From assembly GCA_051715525.1 (NCBI GenBank), contig JBPXJX010000250.1, positions 1 through 45,432 on the forward strand: 45,432 nt of DNA, in the 5' to 3' direction. Origin of the DNA: Bacteroidales bacterium. Lineage in GTDB: Bacteria > Bacteroidota > Bacteroidia > Bacteroidales > Tenuifilaceae. Within the stretch, counting starts at the first letter, position 1. The number at the start of each line of letters is the position of its first letter. The position numbers and the translations under genes were made by a program. The notes under the pieces are model-generated. The model searched no databases and had not been told where the DNA came from. It worked only from the letters and a program-made list of their open reading frames with translations. This document shows, piece by piece, positions 9,802 to 19,517 of the stretch.

Positions 9802-10542
9802 ATGAGAATTTTTACTCTTGTCGGTACTTATTTTCTGCTTTTGGGAAAAGTGTTTGCTAAACCCGAAAAGATAAAAATTTACTATAGGCTTACAATCAAA
9901 GAGATAGACAAACTCGGACTTAACTCTATTGGAATTGTAGCTGTAATATCGGCCTTTATGGGTGCAGTAATTACCATTCAAACTGCATACAACACCGAAA
10001 ACCCGTTTCTTCCCTCCTACTTAATTGGCCTAGCTGCTCGCGATAGTATTCTTCTTGAGTTCTCATCTACAATTGTTGGATTAATTCTTGCGGGTAAGGT
10101 AGGGTCGAATATTGCTTCAGAAATTGGTACAATGAGAGTTACTCAACAAATTGATGCCCTTGAGGTGATGGGCGTAAACTCTGCCAGCTACTTAATATTA
10201 CCCAAAATAATTGCTACCATATTCTTCAACCCATTCCTAACAATGCTAAGCATTGTTGTTGGTATAATTGGGGGCTGGTCGGTTGGCGTTTTTACGGGCG
10301 TGGTTACCACACAGGAGTATATCAATGGTATCCAATACGCATTTATTCCATATTACATTACCTATGCATTAATAAAGACAGTTGTTTTTGCCTTTTTGAT
10401 AACAACAATTTCAGCATTTCAGGGATACTATGTTGATGGAGGTTCGCTAGAAGTTGGGAAAGCGAGCACAAGAGCAGTTGTTGCAAGCAGTGTAGCAATA
10501 CTCCTATTCAACTTAATTCTAACTCAACTTCTATTATCATGA
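9802..10542 (+). CDS. mlaE: MlaE-family ABC transporter permease
   Basis: 246-aa polytopic membrane protein with an MlaE-like layout. It is translationally coupled (ATGA overlap) to the downstream ATPase. Confidence 0.75.
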   Translation: MRIFTLVGTYFLLLGKVFAKPEKIKIYYRLTIKEIDKLGLNSIGIVAVISAFMGAVITIQTAYNTENPFLPSYLIGLAARDSILLEFSSTIVGLILAGKVGSNIASEIGTMRVTQQIDALEVMGVNSASYLILPKIIATIFFNPFLTMLSIVVGIIGGWSVGVFTGVVTTQEYINGIQYAFIPYYITYALIKTVVFAFLITTISAFQGYYVDGGSLEVGKASTRAVVASSVAILLFNLILTQLLLS

Positions 10543-11291
10543 TTCGTGTAAACAATATATTTAAGTCGTTTGGCGATCATGATGTTTTAAAGAACATCAA
10601 CGCAACCTTTGAAAAGGGTAAAACAAACCTTATCATTGGTCAGAGTGGATCGGGTAAAACAGTGCTGTTAAAGTGCCTTGTAGGACTTTACGAAGTTGAT
10701 AAGGGAGAGATATACTATGAGGATGCTTTATTCAACGAGTTAAACTTTAGTGAGAAAAAGGAGATAAGAAAGCAGATAGGTATGCTTTTTCAAGCAGGTG
10801 CACTCTTTGATTCATCGACTGTAGAGGAGAATGTAATGTTTCCTCTCGATATGTTTACTGATTGGTCAAAGGAAGAGAAACTTGAACGCGTTAATTTTTG
10901 CCTTAAAAGGGTTAATATCATCAACTTTAACCATCTTTACCCTGCTGAGATTAGCGGTGGTATGCAAAAGAGGGTTGCCATTGCAAGAGCAATCGCGTTA
11001 AATCCCAGATTCATTTTATGCGATGAACCAAACTCTGGTCTCGATCCAAAAACGTCGATATTGATTGATGAGCTGATTAAGGAAATTACTGAGGAATTTG
11101 ATATTACTACTATTGTTAATACACATGATATGAACTCGGTAATGGGAATTGGCGATAAAATTATATACATATACCAAGGCGAAAAATGGTGGGAAGGCAC
11201 AAAAGACGATGTGCTTCAAAGCGATAACAAGGAGTTTAACGATTTTGTATTCGCTTCGGCTCTTACAAGAAAAATAAAAGCTTACTTATAA
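10539..11291 (+). CDS. mlaF: ABC transporter ATP-binding protein (MlaF-like)
   Basis: Walker A GQSGSGKT, ABC signature ISGGMQKRVAIARA, Walker B ILCDEPNSGLD. Confidence 0.85.
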   Translation: MIRVNNIFKSFGDHDVLKNINATFEKGKTNLIIGQSGSGKTVLLKCLVGLYEVDKGEIYYEDALFNELNFSEKKEIRKQIGMLFQAGALFDSSTVEENVMFPLDMFTDWSKEEKLERVNFCLKRVNIINFNHLYPAEISGGMQKRVAIARAIALNPRFILCDEPNSGLDPKTSILIDELIKEITEEFDITTIVNTHDMNSVMGIGDKIIYIYQGEKWWEGTKDDVLQSDNKEFNDFVFASALTRKIKAYL

Positions 11292-11322
11292 AAAGAGCAG
11301 AGTTTTTCACTCTGCTCTTCTT
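11292..11322. terminator. Intrinsic terminator between convergent genes
   Basis: aaaaGAGCAGAGTttttcACTCTGCTCttctt is a 9-bp stem between the mlaF-like stop (11291) and the minus-strand stop at 11340. Confidence 0.7.
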
Positions 11323-11339
11323 GCATTTGTTTGCAAAAA

Positions 11340-12638
11340 TTACTCTTTTGTAACTTTCAACTTACTTGTGGTGGTTTTATTGTTTAACTGAGCCTGTATA
11401 TAGTATACTCCTGAATTCAATTCCTTTATTTCAACTTCCTTCTCAAATTTCCCTTTTGTATAATCAAAAGTTTCGGTTTTCAATAATTTCCCCTTTTCAT
11501 CGCTTAACACAACTTTTACTTTACCAGACTCCCCGGCTTTAAAAGTGATTTTAAACTTGTCCTTTACATCTTGAGGAATTAAAAATAATGATTCAGGAGG
11601 TAGAAGTTTTGTCTCATCAACCTTAGCAAAACCTGTTTTTTCAATCATTTTTAATTCCTCTGAACTAGGATTGGTAAATGAAAACTTGGTAACTCCATTG
11701 TCGTTTGCAATAACAATCATTCTTTTTTGTTTGCTTTTACTTTCTTCAATATCATATTTATAGTCCCCATGCTTACCCTTAGATTTAATTATCACTACAT
11801 TTTCATTATCAGAGCCATTATCATCAGATGTTACAATTGAAAAGTAGCTATCCTTATCGTTTTTTAAAGAATCACTATTAAAATAGAACCAATTCCCAGT
11901 TCCTGAGTGGTTAAACTTACGATATTGCCTTTCAAACTCCCTTTTTGGTCTAACGCTCCTTGAGTGAAAAACTTTAGGACTATTTTTTAAAACAATTACA
12001 TTTCCCTTTCCACCTGTTTTAAAATCTTTGATTTTGTCCTTTTCAATTTCCTTCATACTATATTTTGATGGGTCAAAAGAACCATCTTCGAGATCTTTAA
12101 GCATTTTATCGAGATCTCCAGTATTCTCAAATTCTTTTTCGCGATAGAAAATTTTTGGTCTAGAGGTTTCATCACTTGGCACAAAGAAATTGAAGCTATT
12201 GTAATCCTCATCTCCAATAGATTCAAATCCATGATCAAAGAAGTTGAGGTCGTCATCACTATCATTGTTAAAATCTAAATGAGAAATCGTACAATCGTCG
12301 AAACCTAAATCTATAAATGGTAGCTCCGGAATATCTGGAATTGGAGGAAGTTCAATTGTGTGAGGCATGCTATGGGCAATAATATCCCTTAATGAGTCTA
12401 ATTTGATACGCTCAATTTTCATTTTCTTTCGAACTTCACGGCTTATGCTATCATACTTTTGCTTGTTATTAGTGATATCATATTCCTTTACAATCTTTTC
12501 TCCTTTGCCATCATTCTCAATAATTCTAATCACTTTCTTTTTAACCTGTTGCGCAAAAGAATCATTTGAGTAGATACTTATCAAGCCAACTATGAAAAGC
12601 CCAAAGAGTGCTTTTTTAAATAATTTTTTTGTTTTCAT
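11340..12638 (-). CDS. Secreted hypothetical protein with T9SS C-terminal sorting domain
   Basis: Signal peptide MKTKKLFKKALFGLFIVGLISIYSNDSFAQ, a charged low-complexity centre, and a C-terminal ~80 aa (KVKVVLSDEKGKLLKTETFDY...LNSGVYYIQAQLNNKTTTSKLKVTKE) resembling a type-A T9SS CTD. Confidence 0.65.
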   Translation of the reverse strand: MKTKKLFKKALFGLFIVGLISIYSNDSFAQQVKKKVIRIIENDGKGEKIVKEYDITNNKQKYDSISREVRKKMKIERIKLDSLRDIIAHSMPHTIELPPIPDIPELPFIDLGFDDCTISHLDFNNDSDDDLNFFDHGFESIGDEDYNSFNFFVPSDETSRPKIFYREKEFENTGDLDKMLKDLEDGSFDPSKYSMKEIEKDKIKDFKTGGKGNVIVLKNSPKVFHSRSVRPKREFERQYRKFNHSGTGNWFYFNSDSLKNDKDSYFSIVTSDDNGSDNENVVIIKSKGKHGDYKYDIEESKSKQKRMIVIANDNGVTKFSFTNPSSEELKMIEKTGFAKVDETKLLPPESLFLIPQDVKDKFKITFKAGESGKVKVVLSDEKGKLLKTETFDYTKGKFEKEVEIKELNSGVYYIQAQLNNKTTTSKLKVTKE

Positions 12639-12664
12639 AATCTTTTACATTTTGATTTCAGGAA

Positions 12665-12672
12665 CAAAACTA
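12665..12672 (-). promoter_or_regulatory. Candidate -7 promoter element (TAnnTTTG) for the T9SS-cargo gene
   Basis: The plus strand reads CAAAACTA, which is TAGTTTTG on the minus strand, 27 nt upstream of the ATG at 12638. Confidence 0.35.
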
Positions 12673-12693
12673 TTGCCTTTTGATGTGGGATTA

Positions 12694-12720
12694 AGCTAAG
12701 AAGTAGCTAAAACCAGCTAA
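12694..12720. promoter_or_regulatory. Three helically phased AGCTAA direct repeats in a divergent promoter region
   Basis: AGCTAA occurs at 12694, 12705 and 12715, with spacings of 11 and 10 bp. The repeats lie between the minus-strand -7 box (12665-12672) and a plus-strand TATTTTTG (12760-12767) just before the HK start. Confidence 0.4.
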
Positions 12721-12771
12721 TGAAACGTTAAAGTTACCATTAAGAGAATATGCTTTTTGTATTTTTGAATC

Positions 12772-14871
12772 ATGAATCGTAAGAAGATATATCTGATTGT
12801 GGCGCTAATGGGATTATCCATTACTGGGATTACGCTAATGCAGGTACATTGGATGCTTAAAACCATTAAACTAAATGAGGAGAATTTTGACCGAGCAGTT
12901 AACGAATCGCTAACATCTGTTGTAGATAAATTAGAAAAAGAAAAGAACTTAAAATTTTCGCTTCCGGTTCAAAGCCCCTTTTGGACCAAATTTGCCAATC
13001 CAGCAATTGATTCATTATCTTATCCATTTGAACCCATAGCTGACATTGAGCAGCCACTTAATGATGAAAGTGAAGAATTTGAAAATTCAACCCAAGATTG
13101 GTTTAATTATCAACAAGAACAACTTGACTCGATTATAGAAAGCCAATCTGAATTTATAGACTTTGGGTATGAATCATATGCTGCAAATAGTAATGATGAA
13201 CAAGAGCTTAAGCTTAAATTTCTCGATTCGGTTAAGAAAGTTGAGGTTAATAGATATGGCACTATATCAAAAGATCTTGGACAAATCAAATTTTATAGTA
13301 ATTATCAAAAGCGGAATTCTCACAAAGGTTTTGCTGACACCATTGATAGATCGGTAAGAATTATTCAAAATGGTGATGAATCGAAGATAATTATCATAAC
13401 GAATGGGATTACAGATACTCTTGATTATAGAAATATTTCATCAAATTTAATTCCCCCACCACCCCCTCCATCAATGGATGATATTGTTGTATCAGTTGAT
13501 GAATTTAAACATTATCCAAAAATACAGAGAAACCAAAGACCTCTTAGAAACCCTTCATTAAGATATAGAACAGATAGTAGTATAATGAAACATAATTTCA
13601 GCAACTTCCGCTATTTTAACAGCCTATCTGAACAACAAAAGCAAAGAAGAAACAAAGAACTTGATGAGAATTTACATAAAATTGAACAGCAAAAAATTAA
13701 ACTAATAAAAGATAAAAAAATCGCAACGTTAACAGCCAAAAGAATTGAGTTACAGAAAAGAAAGCAAGAGCAAGCAATTAGTCAGCTGGCATATGAGATT
13801 GGTTCACGGAAAATGGAGCTGAAGGATAGGGTTAACTTCGATGAATTAAAGAATTTATTAACCATAGAACTAAAAAATAAGGGTATATTAAACAGTTTTG
13901 AATATGCTTTGGTAAATCTTGATTCAACAAGAAAGGTTGTACACTCAAGTAAAGATTATAACATCAAACCCAATAAATCGATTTATGCAACTCGTCTTTT
14001 CCCAAATAATATTATTCCTCTCAACGATTATATAGAGGTTAAATTCCCCGATAAAGATTTTACAATTTATCGGTCAGCAATTTTACCTATATCAGCCTCG
14101 CTATTCTTTACTTTAATAGTGTTTTTAACATTTATAATTACGTTGGTAATCATCATTAAGCAAAAGAAATTAGCCGAAATGAAAGCTGATTTTATCAATA
14201 ATATGACACATGAGCTAAAAACACCAATAGCAACTATAAGCCTTGCTTCAGATTCAATTGATAACCCGAAAGTAGTTGATAAACCCGAAACAGTAAAATA
14301 TTTTACCTCAATTATTAGAGAGGAAAATTCAAGAATGAACAAACTTGTTGAAAGCGTTTTGCAAACTGCTCGCCTAGAACGTAAAACCTTAAAACTTAAC
14401 CTCAAAAAGGTTAATCTATCAACAATTACTTCAAAGGTGGCAGAACAAATGTCGATCCAAGCAAAGGCAAAGGGTGGAGAGATTCATCTCGATATACTCG
14501 CTGATGTTTCGATTATTGCTGATGAAAACCTTATGCAAAATGTTATCTTCAACCTTATCGATAATGCAATAAAATACTCCGCTTCTGCACCCATAGTGGG
14601 CGTTTTTTTAAAAAAACTCCCAGGGGGTGTTTCGCTTTCGGTTGAAGACAATGGGATAGGAATAAGTAGAAGTGAGCAGCAACACGTATTTGAGAAATTC
14701 TATAGAGTATCACAGGGTGACGTACATAATATTAAGGGTTTTGGGCTAGGGTTAAGTAATGTAAAGGAGATTACCGAACTTCATGGAGGAATGGTTCAAC
14801 TTCGAAGCGAGTTAGGCAAAGGGAGTACATTTACGCTTTTCTTCCCATTTAAAACGAACGGCAATGAGTAA
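12772..14871 (+). CDS. Sensor histidine kinase with large N-terminal extracytoplasmic region
   Basis: N-terminal TM helix, a ~430-aa low-complexity periplasmic part (includes PPPPPS), and a second TM helix. H-box MTHELKTPIATI, N box NLIDNAIKYS, G boxes DNGIGI and GFGLGLS. Confidence 0.88.
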   Translation: MNRKKIYLIVALMGLSITGITLMQVHWMLKTIKLNEENFDRAVNESLTSVVDKLEKEKNLKFSLPVQSPFWTKFANPAIDSLSYPFEPIADIEQPLNDESEEFENSTQDWFNYQQEQLDSIIESQSEFIDFGYESYAANSNDEQELKLKFLDSVKKVEVNRYGTISKDLGQIKFYSNYQKRNSHKGFADTIDRSVRIIQNGDESKIIIITNGITDTLDYRNISSNLIPPPPPPSMDDIVVSVDEFKHYPKIQRNQRPLRNPSLRYRTDSSIMKHNFSNFRYFNSLSEQQKQRRNKELDENLHKIEQQKIKLIKDKKIATLTAKRIELQKRKQEQAISQLAYEIGSRKMELKDRVNFDELKNLLTIELKNKGILNSFEYALVNLDSTRKVVHSSKDYNIKPNKSIYATRLFPNNIIPLNDYIEVKFPDKDFTIYRSAILPISASLFFTLIVFLTFIITLVIIIKQKKLAEMKADFINNMTHELKTPIATISLASDSIDNPKVVDKPETVKYFTSIIREENSRMNKLVESVLQTARLERKTLKLNLKKVNLSTITSKVAEQMSIQAKAKGGEIHLDILADVSIIADENLMQNVIFNLIDNAIKYSASAPIVGVFLKKLPGGVSLSVEDNGIGISRSEQQHVFEKFYRVSQGDVHNIKGFGLGLSNVKEITELHGGMVQLRSELGKGSTFTLFFPFKTNGNE

Positions 14872-15559
14872 AGAGGGTAAAATATTTCTTGTTGAGGACG
14901 ACCTCAACTTTGGGGCTGTACTAAAAGCTTATCTTGAGCTTAATGATTTTGAGGTGGTGTTGGTAAGCGATGGGGCTCGAGCTCGTTCAGTTTTTAAACC
15001 CAAAGAGTATAATCTTTGCGTTCTTGACATTATGCTCCCAAACCTCGATGGCTATGAACTTGCATCGTTTATTAGGGCAACAGACTCGCAGGTTCCTTTT
15101 GTGTTTTTGACTGCAAAATCATTGAAAGAAGATGTTGTAAAAGGGTTTGATCTAGGTGCCGATGATTATATCACAAAACCTTTCGATTCTGAAGTTCTTC
15201 TACTTAAGATAAAGGCCATACTTCGTCGAAACGAACGTAATGCTACACCAATCCTAACCGAAACCAAAATTGAGATTGCAAGCTATACTTTCGATATAAG
15301 CGCAAGAACGCTTACAAAAAACAACCTGCTTTATAAACTTTCTCCTAAAGAGGCAGAACTTCTTGAATTACTTTGGAAAAATCATAACCGTGTTTTAAGC
15401 AAAGACAGAGCCCTCGAAAAAATATGGGGCGACAGCAATTACTTTACTGCTCGTAGCATGGATGTTTACATATCGAAACTACGTAAATATTTTGCCGAAG
15501 ACCCAAGAGTGGAGATAATTACTGTACATAGCAGTGGTTTTATACTTAGAGTTCAGTGA
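14864..15559 (+). CDS. OmpR-family response regulator (REC + winged helix)
   Basis: Overlaps the HK stop by 8 nt. REC motifs are LVEDD, VLDIMLPNLDG and LTAK. The C-terminal winged-helix region reads LSPKEAELLELL...SMDVYISKLRKYF...GFIL. Confidence 0.9.
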   Translation: MSKEGKIFLVEDDLNFGAVLKAYLELNDFEVVLVSDGARARSVFKPKEYNLCVLDIMLPNLDGYELASFIRATDSQVPFVFLTAKSLKEDVVKGFDLGADDYITKPFDSEVLLLKIKAILRRNERNATPILTETKIEIASYTFDISARTLTKNNLLYKLSPKEAELLELLWKNHNRVLSKDRALEKIWGDSNYFTARSMDVYISKLRKYFAEDPRVEIITVHSSGFILRVQ

Positions 15560-15602
15560 TTTTAATCAATTCAACAGCTTTTTCAAGAAAACTCTTTTCA
15601 TT

Positions 15603-15631
15603 TTAGCTAAAATTTAATCGATATTAGCTCA
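15603..15631. promoter_or_regulatory. Two TTAGCT(A/C)A motifs 21 bp apart upstream of the hybrid HK
   Basis: TTAGCTAA at 15603-15610 and TTAGCTCA at 15624-15631 share the AGCTAA-type core seen at 12694-12720. A TATTTTTA near -7 box lies at 15645-15652. Confidence 0.3.
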
Positions 15632-15667
15632 AGGGAACACAGCATATTTTTATCCAATTCAGGAGCT

Positions 15668-17731
15668 ATGAGATTGAGAATTATAACTTTTCTAGTTTTA
15701 CTCCTTCCCTACTTATTGGGATGTAAAAAAGATATTTCTATTGATATTTTGAGTAAAAAGGAGAGAGCCTTTCTCGATTCGCTCAATCGTAACTTAACAA
15801 TAGCTCCAGATCCAAACTTTCCACCTGTTGAATTCATTGACGAAAAGGGTAATTACTCAGGTATAGCATCGGAATATTTTAAAATTATTGCGGAACGCTT
15901 AAATATTAAATTTAAAGTGGTGAGGCACAACACTTGGGAGGAGCTAATTAAGGAAGGCTCTCGATATAATTACGATATAGCGACTTGTGCACAAAAAACA
16001 GCATACCGAAAAACTTTTTGGCTTTATACCTCAACTTACCTCAACATAAAGAACGTATTTATTGTAAAAGATAGCTTTAAAGGAGAAATTTCAATTAAGG
16101 ATCTTAATAATAAAAAAGTTGCTGTTGTTAAAGGCTATGCCATAGAAAGTTACTTGCGTGAGATGGAGTCGAGCATAGAAATTATTCCTGTACAAAATAC
16201 AATTCAGGGAATAACCGATTTGTCAGTAGGAGAAGTTGATGTGCTAATTACCGAGTTGTCAACTGCTGCTTACTATATAAACAAAGAGGGTATCCCAAAC
16301 CTAAGGGTTGCAGGTGATGTAAATTATAATTACGACTTTTCAATCGCATCGCGAAAAGATATGCCCCTGTTAAATCAAATACTTGAAAAAGGGTTAAACA
16401 GCATAACTGATGAAGAAAAAAAGGACATCTATAAAAAATATATCAACTTAGAATTCAAGAGCATTTGGGAGTCAAGAACTTTCTGGCTTATTTCGGTTGG
16501 TGTACTTATTTTTATTTCAGGATTAATTTTTCTGATTTATGTATGGAGAAAAAGAGCCCAGGAACTGAAAATAGCGAAAGAACAAGCCGAGTCGGCTAAC
16601 AGAGCGAAAAGTGAGTTCTTAGCGAATATGAGCCACGAGATTCGTACACCAATGAACGCAATTATTGGCTTTGCCTCCCTTCTAGAAGAACGTGTTACTG
16701 ATCCTGAAGATAAAGAATTTACCTCCATTATTGTCGATAATGGAAAAACATTACTTAAGCTAATAAATGACGTACTTGATTTATCGAAGGTTGAAGCAGG
16801 AAAAATAGTACTAAAAAATAAGCCCACCCGAATTAATGAAATTGTAAAAGAGATTGAGGATTTATTCTTTCTTACCCTGCATCAGAAAGGCCTTAGATTT
16901 GAAACTTACATCTCAAATAGTGTTGCAGAATTCTATTTAATCGATGAAACACGGCTAAGGCAAATCTTAGTAAATATTGTTGGTAACGCAATAAAGTTTA
17001 CCGAAAAAGGTAACATTTCATTAACCATCGATTCTAAATCTGAAATTAAAAACCCATTTCACCATTTAATATTAACTGTTTCTGATACAGGAATTGGTAT
17101 CCCAAGAAATCAGTTAAACCAAGTATTTAAACCATTCGTTCAGGTTGATTCAAAAATACAACAAACAACTACTGGAACAGGGTTAGGTTTATCAATTACC
17201 AAAAGGTTAATAGAGCTTATGGGTGGCTCAATAACTTTAGAAAGCACTGTTGATGTCGGTACTACATTTTTTATTGAGTTTCTAAATCTAGAAGTATGTA
17301 ATTCTGAACAGGTAGATTTAAATCAAGAATTCGAAAAGCTAAAGAAAATTCAGTTTTATAGCCCTTCAGTTTTTATTGTTGACGATAACCCTTCAAGCCT
17401 TATTCTTATGAAGGAATTTCTTAAAAAACACAACATTAAAGTTACAACCTTTTCAAATGGTCAAGCAGCAATTGATAGAATAAAACTCAATCAACCAGAT
17501 CTGCTTATATCCGACATAAAGATGCCCGAAATGGATGGTTTTGAATTGCTTAATAAAGTTAAAGGGTTAAATCTTTCAAAATATTTACCAGTTATTGCAA
17601 TTTCAGCATCCGTAATGAAAGAAGATGAATCCAAGGTTCAAAAGGCTGGATTTGCTGAGTTTGTGCCAAAGCCTATTGATAAATTCAACCTGCTTTCAGT
17701 TATAAAGAAAATTCTCCCACACACATTATAG
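15668..17731 (+). CDS. Hybrid sensor histidine kinase (periplasmic solute-binding domain + HisKA + HATPase + REC)
   Basis: N-terminal lipoprotein-like signal (LLGCKK), an SBP type-3-like region, a TM helix ([22 protein letters not shown]), and H-box [15 protein letters not shown]-binding motifs are [16 protein letters not shown] and GTGLGLS. The C-terminal REC has [14 protein letters not shown]. Confidence 0.88.
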   Translation: MRLRIITFLVLLLPYLLGCKKDISIDILSKKERAFLDSLNRNLTIAPDPNFPPVEFIDEKGNYSGIASEYFKIIAERLNIKFKVVRHNTWEELIKEGSRYNYDIATCAQKTAYRKTFWLYTSTYLNIKNVFIVKDSFKGEISIKDLNNKKVAVVKGYAIESYLREMESSIEIIPVQNTIQGITDLSVGEVDVLITELSTAAYYINKEGIPNLRVAGDVNYNYDFSIASRKDMPLLNQILEKGLNSITDEEKKDIYKKYINLEFKSIWESRTFWLISVGVLIFISGLIFLIYVWRKRAQELKIAKEQAESANRAKSEFLANMSHEIRTPMNAIIGFASLLEERVTDPEDKEFTSIIVDNGKTLLKLINDVLDLSKVEAGKIVLKNKPTRINEIVKEIEDLFFLTLHQKGLRFETYISNSVAEFYLIDETRLRQILVNIVGNAIKFTEKGNISLTIDSKSEIKNPFHHLILTVSDTGIGIPRNQLNQVFKPFVQVDSKIQQTTTGTGLGLSITKRLIELMGGSITLESTVDVGTTFFIEFLNLEVCNSEQVDLNQEFEKLKKIQFYSPSVFIVDDNPSSLILMKEFLKKHNIKVTTFSNGQAAIDRIKLNQPDLLISDIKMPEMDGFELLNKVKGLNLSKYLPVIAISASVMKEDESKVQKAGFAEFVPKPIDKFNLLSVIKKILPHTL

Positions 17732-17740
17732 TACCTTTTA

Positions 17741-19387
17741 TTATTTCATCATTTCATCCCTTTTAGCTTTATAAACCACACCTTCGTGCCAATTAGGATA
17801 TTTATTAGATTGACTTAACATAAAGCCCAACTCAAAGTAAACATTAAGGTCGTCGACCATTCCGTCGAAAGCCCAAATAGATGGATTATAGTTATCAGAT
17901 GGTTTATGGTATGTTCCATAAATTATCTTCTGATTCGATTTTATTGAATCGATTTTACTTGTGTCGATAAAATCGCCCCCAGAAGTTAGGTTAATTGTAG
18001 GAACACCAACCTTTGAGAAACTAAAATGATCGGAGCGATAGTAGCCGCCTCCAGTAGAGTTTTTCTCAAATTTAACTAGTCTATTATGCTTCTTCACAGC
18101 CTCAATGGCATAGTCATCGAGATTTGATAACCCATAACCGGATATGTTCATATCCTTTGTCCTCCCAAAAACATTCAAAACATCCATATTAATTACCGCT
18201 ATGGTTTTGCTAAGCGGATAAATAGGGTTTTCAGCATAGTATTGACTCCCAAGCAATCCTTGCTCTTCGCAGGTGGTAGCCATAAATAGAATAGATCGTT
18301 TTGGTTTTAAAGGTTGGCTTGCAAAAGCTTTTGCAATGGCTATTAAGCCAGCAGTTCCGGTTGCATTATCGAGCGCTCCATTAAGAATTGAATCGCCCTT
18401 GAATTTTGGGTTTATTCCAAAATGATCCCAGTGTGCAGTGTAGATAATAATCTCGTCAGGGTTTTCTGTGCCAGGAATTAATGCCACAATATTCTTAGAG
18501 TTGATACTCATAACCTGATTATTAAAACTTATACTCCCTTTAAGATTTAATGAACTTGCTTTAAACCCATGCTTCGATGCCAATTGAATTGCTTTCTCAT
18601 AGGTTAGGTTCGATAATCCGAGGAGCTTTTGAGCAGCATTCTTCTCAATCCAGCTTTGAAACTCAAGTCCCGATTTTGTAACAACATTATTCGCTAAATA
18701 AAACCGCGCTCCCGCCCAACTGTTTTGAACCACGCTCCAAGGATACGATGCTGGTTCAGTATCATGAATAAGCAATACTCCTGCAGCTCCTTGCCGAGCA
18801 GCTTCTTCATACTTATAAATCCAGCGACCATAGTAGGTCATGTTTTTACCTTTAAAAAGAGTGCTGTCGTAAAAACCTGGGTCATTAACCAATGCTAATA
18901 CTATCTTACCCTTAACATCGATATTAGCATAATCATTCCATTCATATTCGGGGGCATTAATTCCAAAACCAACAAAAACGATATCGCAATTTGCAAGTTC
19001 AACCTTTTCTTTGGGTTGAGGTGTTCCGCCAATAAAATCGTTTGAGTAGTCAAATACTATTTCCCCATTATTACTATTAACCTTCAATTTAAGCTTTTGA
19101 TCGTTGGCAATCTTTATTAATGGGACATTATGAAAATAGCTATCGCCATTACCGGGCTTTGCACCAACAATAGCAAATTGCTGAGCAAGATAGTTTGCCG
19201 TTTTCTCTTCCCCTTCTGTTCCTGGGAAACGCCCCTGAAACTCATCCGAAGCAATTTTAGATATCCACTCTTTCATCTCATTTTCGTTAATCCCTGAGTT
19301 GATTGCATCCTTTTGAGACTGCTTACACGAAACAAATAATCCTGATAAAAGAAAAATAATGGTGAAATTGACAAAATTGCGTTTCAT
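17741..19387 (-). CDS. M28-family aminopeptidase with PA domain
   Basis: Signal/lipoprotein N-terminus (LFVSCKQ). Zn-peptidase motifs HWDHFG, NGALDNATG, EEQGLLGS and YHKPSD are present. Confidence 0.8.
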   Translation of the reverse strand: MKRNFVNFTIIFLLSGLFVSCKQSQKDAINSGINENEMKEWISKIASDEFQGRFPGTEGEEKTANYLAQQFAIVGAKPGNGDSYFHNVPLIKIANDQKLKLKVNSNNGEIVFDYSNDFIGGTPQPKEKVELANCDIVFVGFGINAPEYEWNDYANIDVKGKIVLALVNDPGFYDSTLFKGKNMTYYGRWIYKYEEAARQGAAGVLLIHDTEPASYPWSVVQNSWAGARFYLANNVVTKSGLEFQSWIEKNAAQKLLGLSNLTYEKAIQLASKHGFKASSLNLKGSISFNNQVMSINSKNIVALIPGTENPDEIIIYTAHWDHFGINPKFKGDSILNGALDNATGTAGLIAIAKAFASQPLKPKRSILFMATTCEEQGLLGSQYYAENPIYPLSKTIAVINMDVLNVFGRTKDMNISGYGLSNLDDYAIEAVKKHNRLVKFEKNSTGGGYYRSDHFSFSKVGVPTINLTSGGDFIDTSKIDSIKSNQKIIYGTYHKPSDNYNPSIWAFDGMVDDLNVYFELGFMLSQSNKYPNWHEGVVYKAKRDEMMK

Positions 19388-19487
19388 GGCTTTGGATTTA
19401 ATGGTTTAATAATTTTTTAGAGTAAACAAATGCTATTTGGTTTAGCTTTGTTCCTCTAAATTATTAAATGTAGAATCCATATTTTTC

Positions 19488-19495
19488 TATCTTTG
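19488..19495 (+). promoter_or_regulatory. Candidate Bacteroidota -7 promoter element for gltX
   Basis: TATCTTTG is an exact match to TAnnTTTG and lies 14-23 nt upstream of the two candidate ATGs. Confidence 0.45.
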
Positions 19496-19517
19496 CAACA
19501 CTTTAAAAATGATAATA

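Noticed and set aside
12772-15559. The HK/RR pair as the T9SS regulators PorY/PorX
   Set aside because: The response regulator has an OmpR-type winged-helix output rather than the PglZ/phosphatase-like output domain of PorX. Proximity to gld genes alone is not sufficient.
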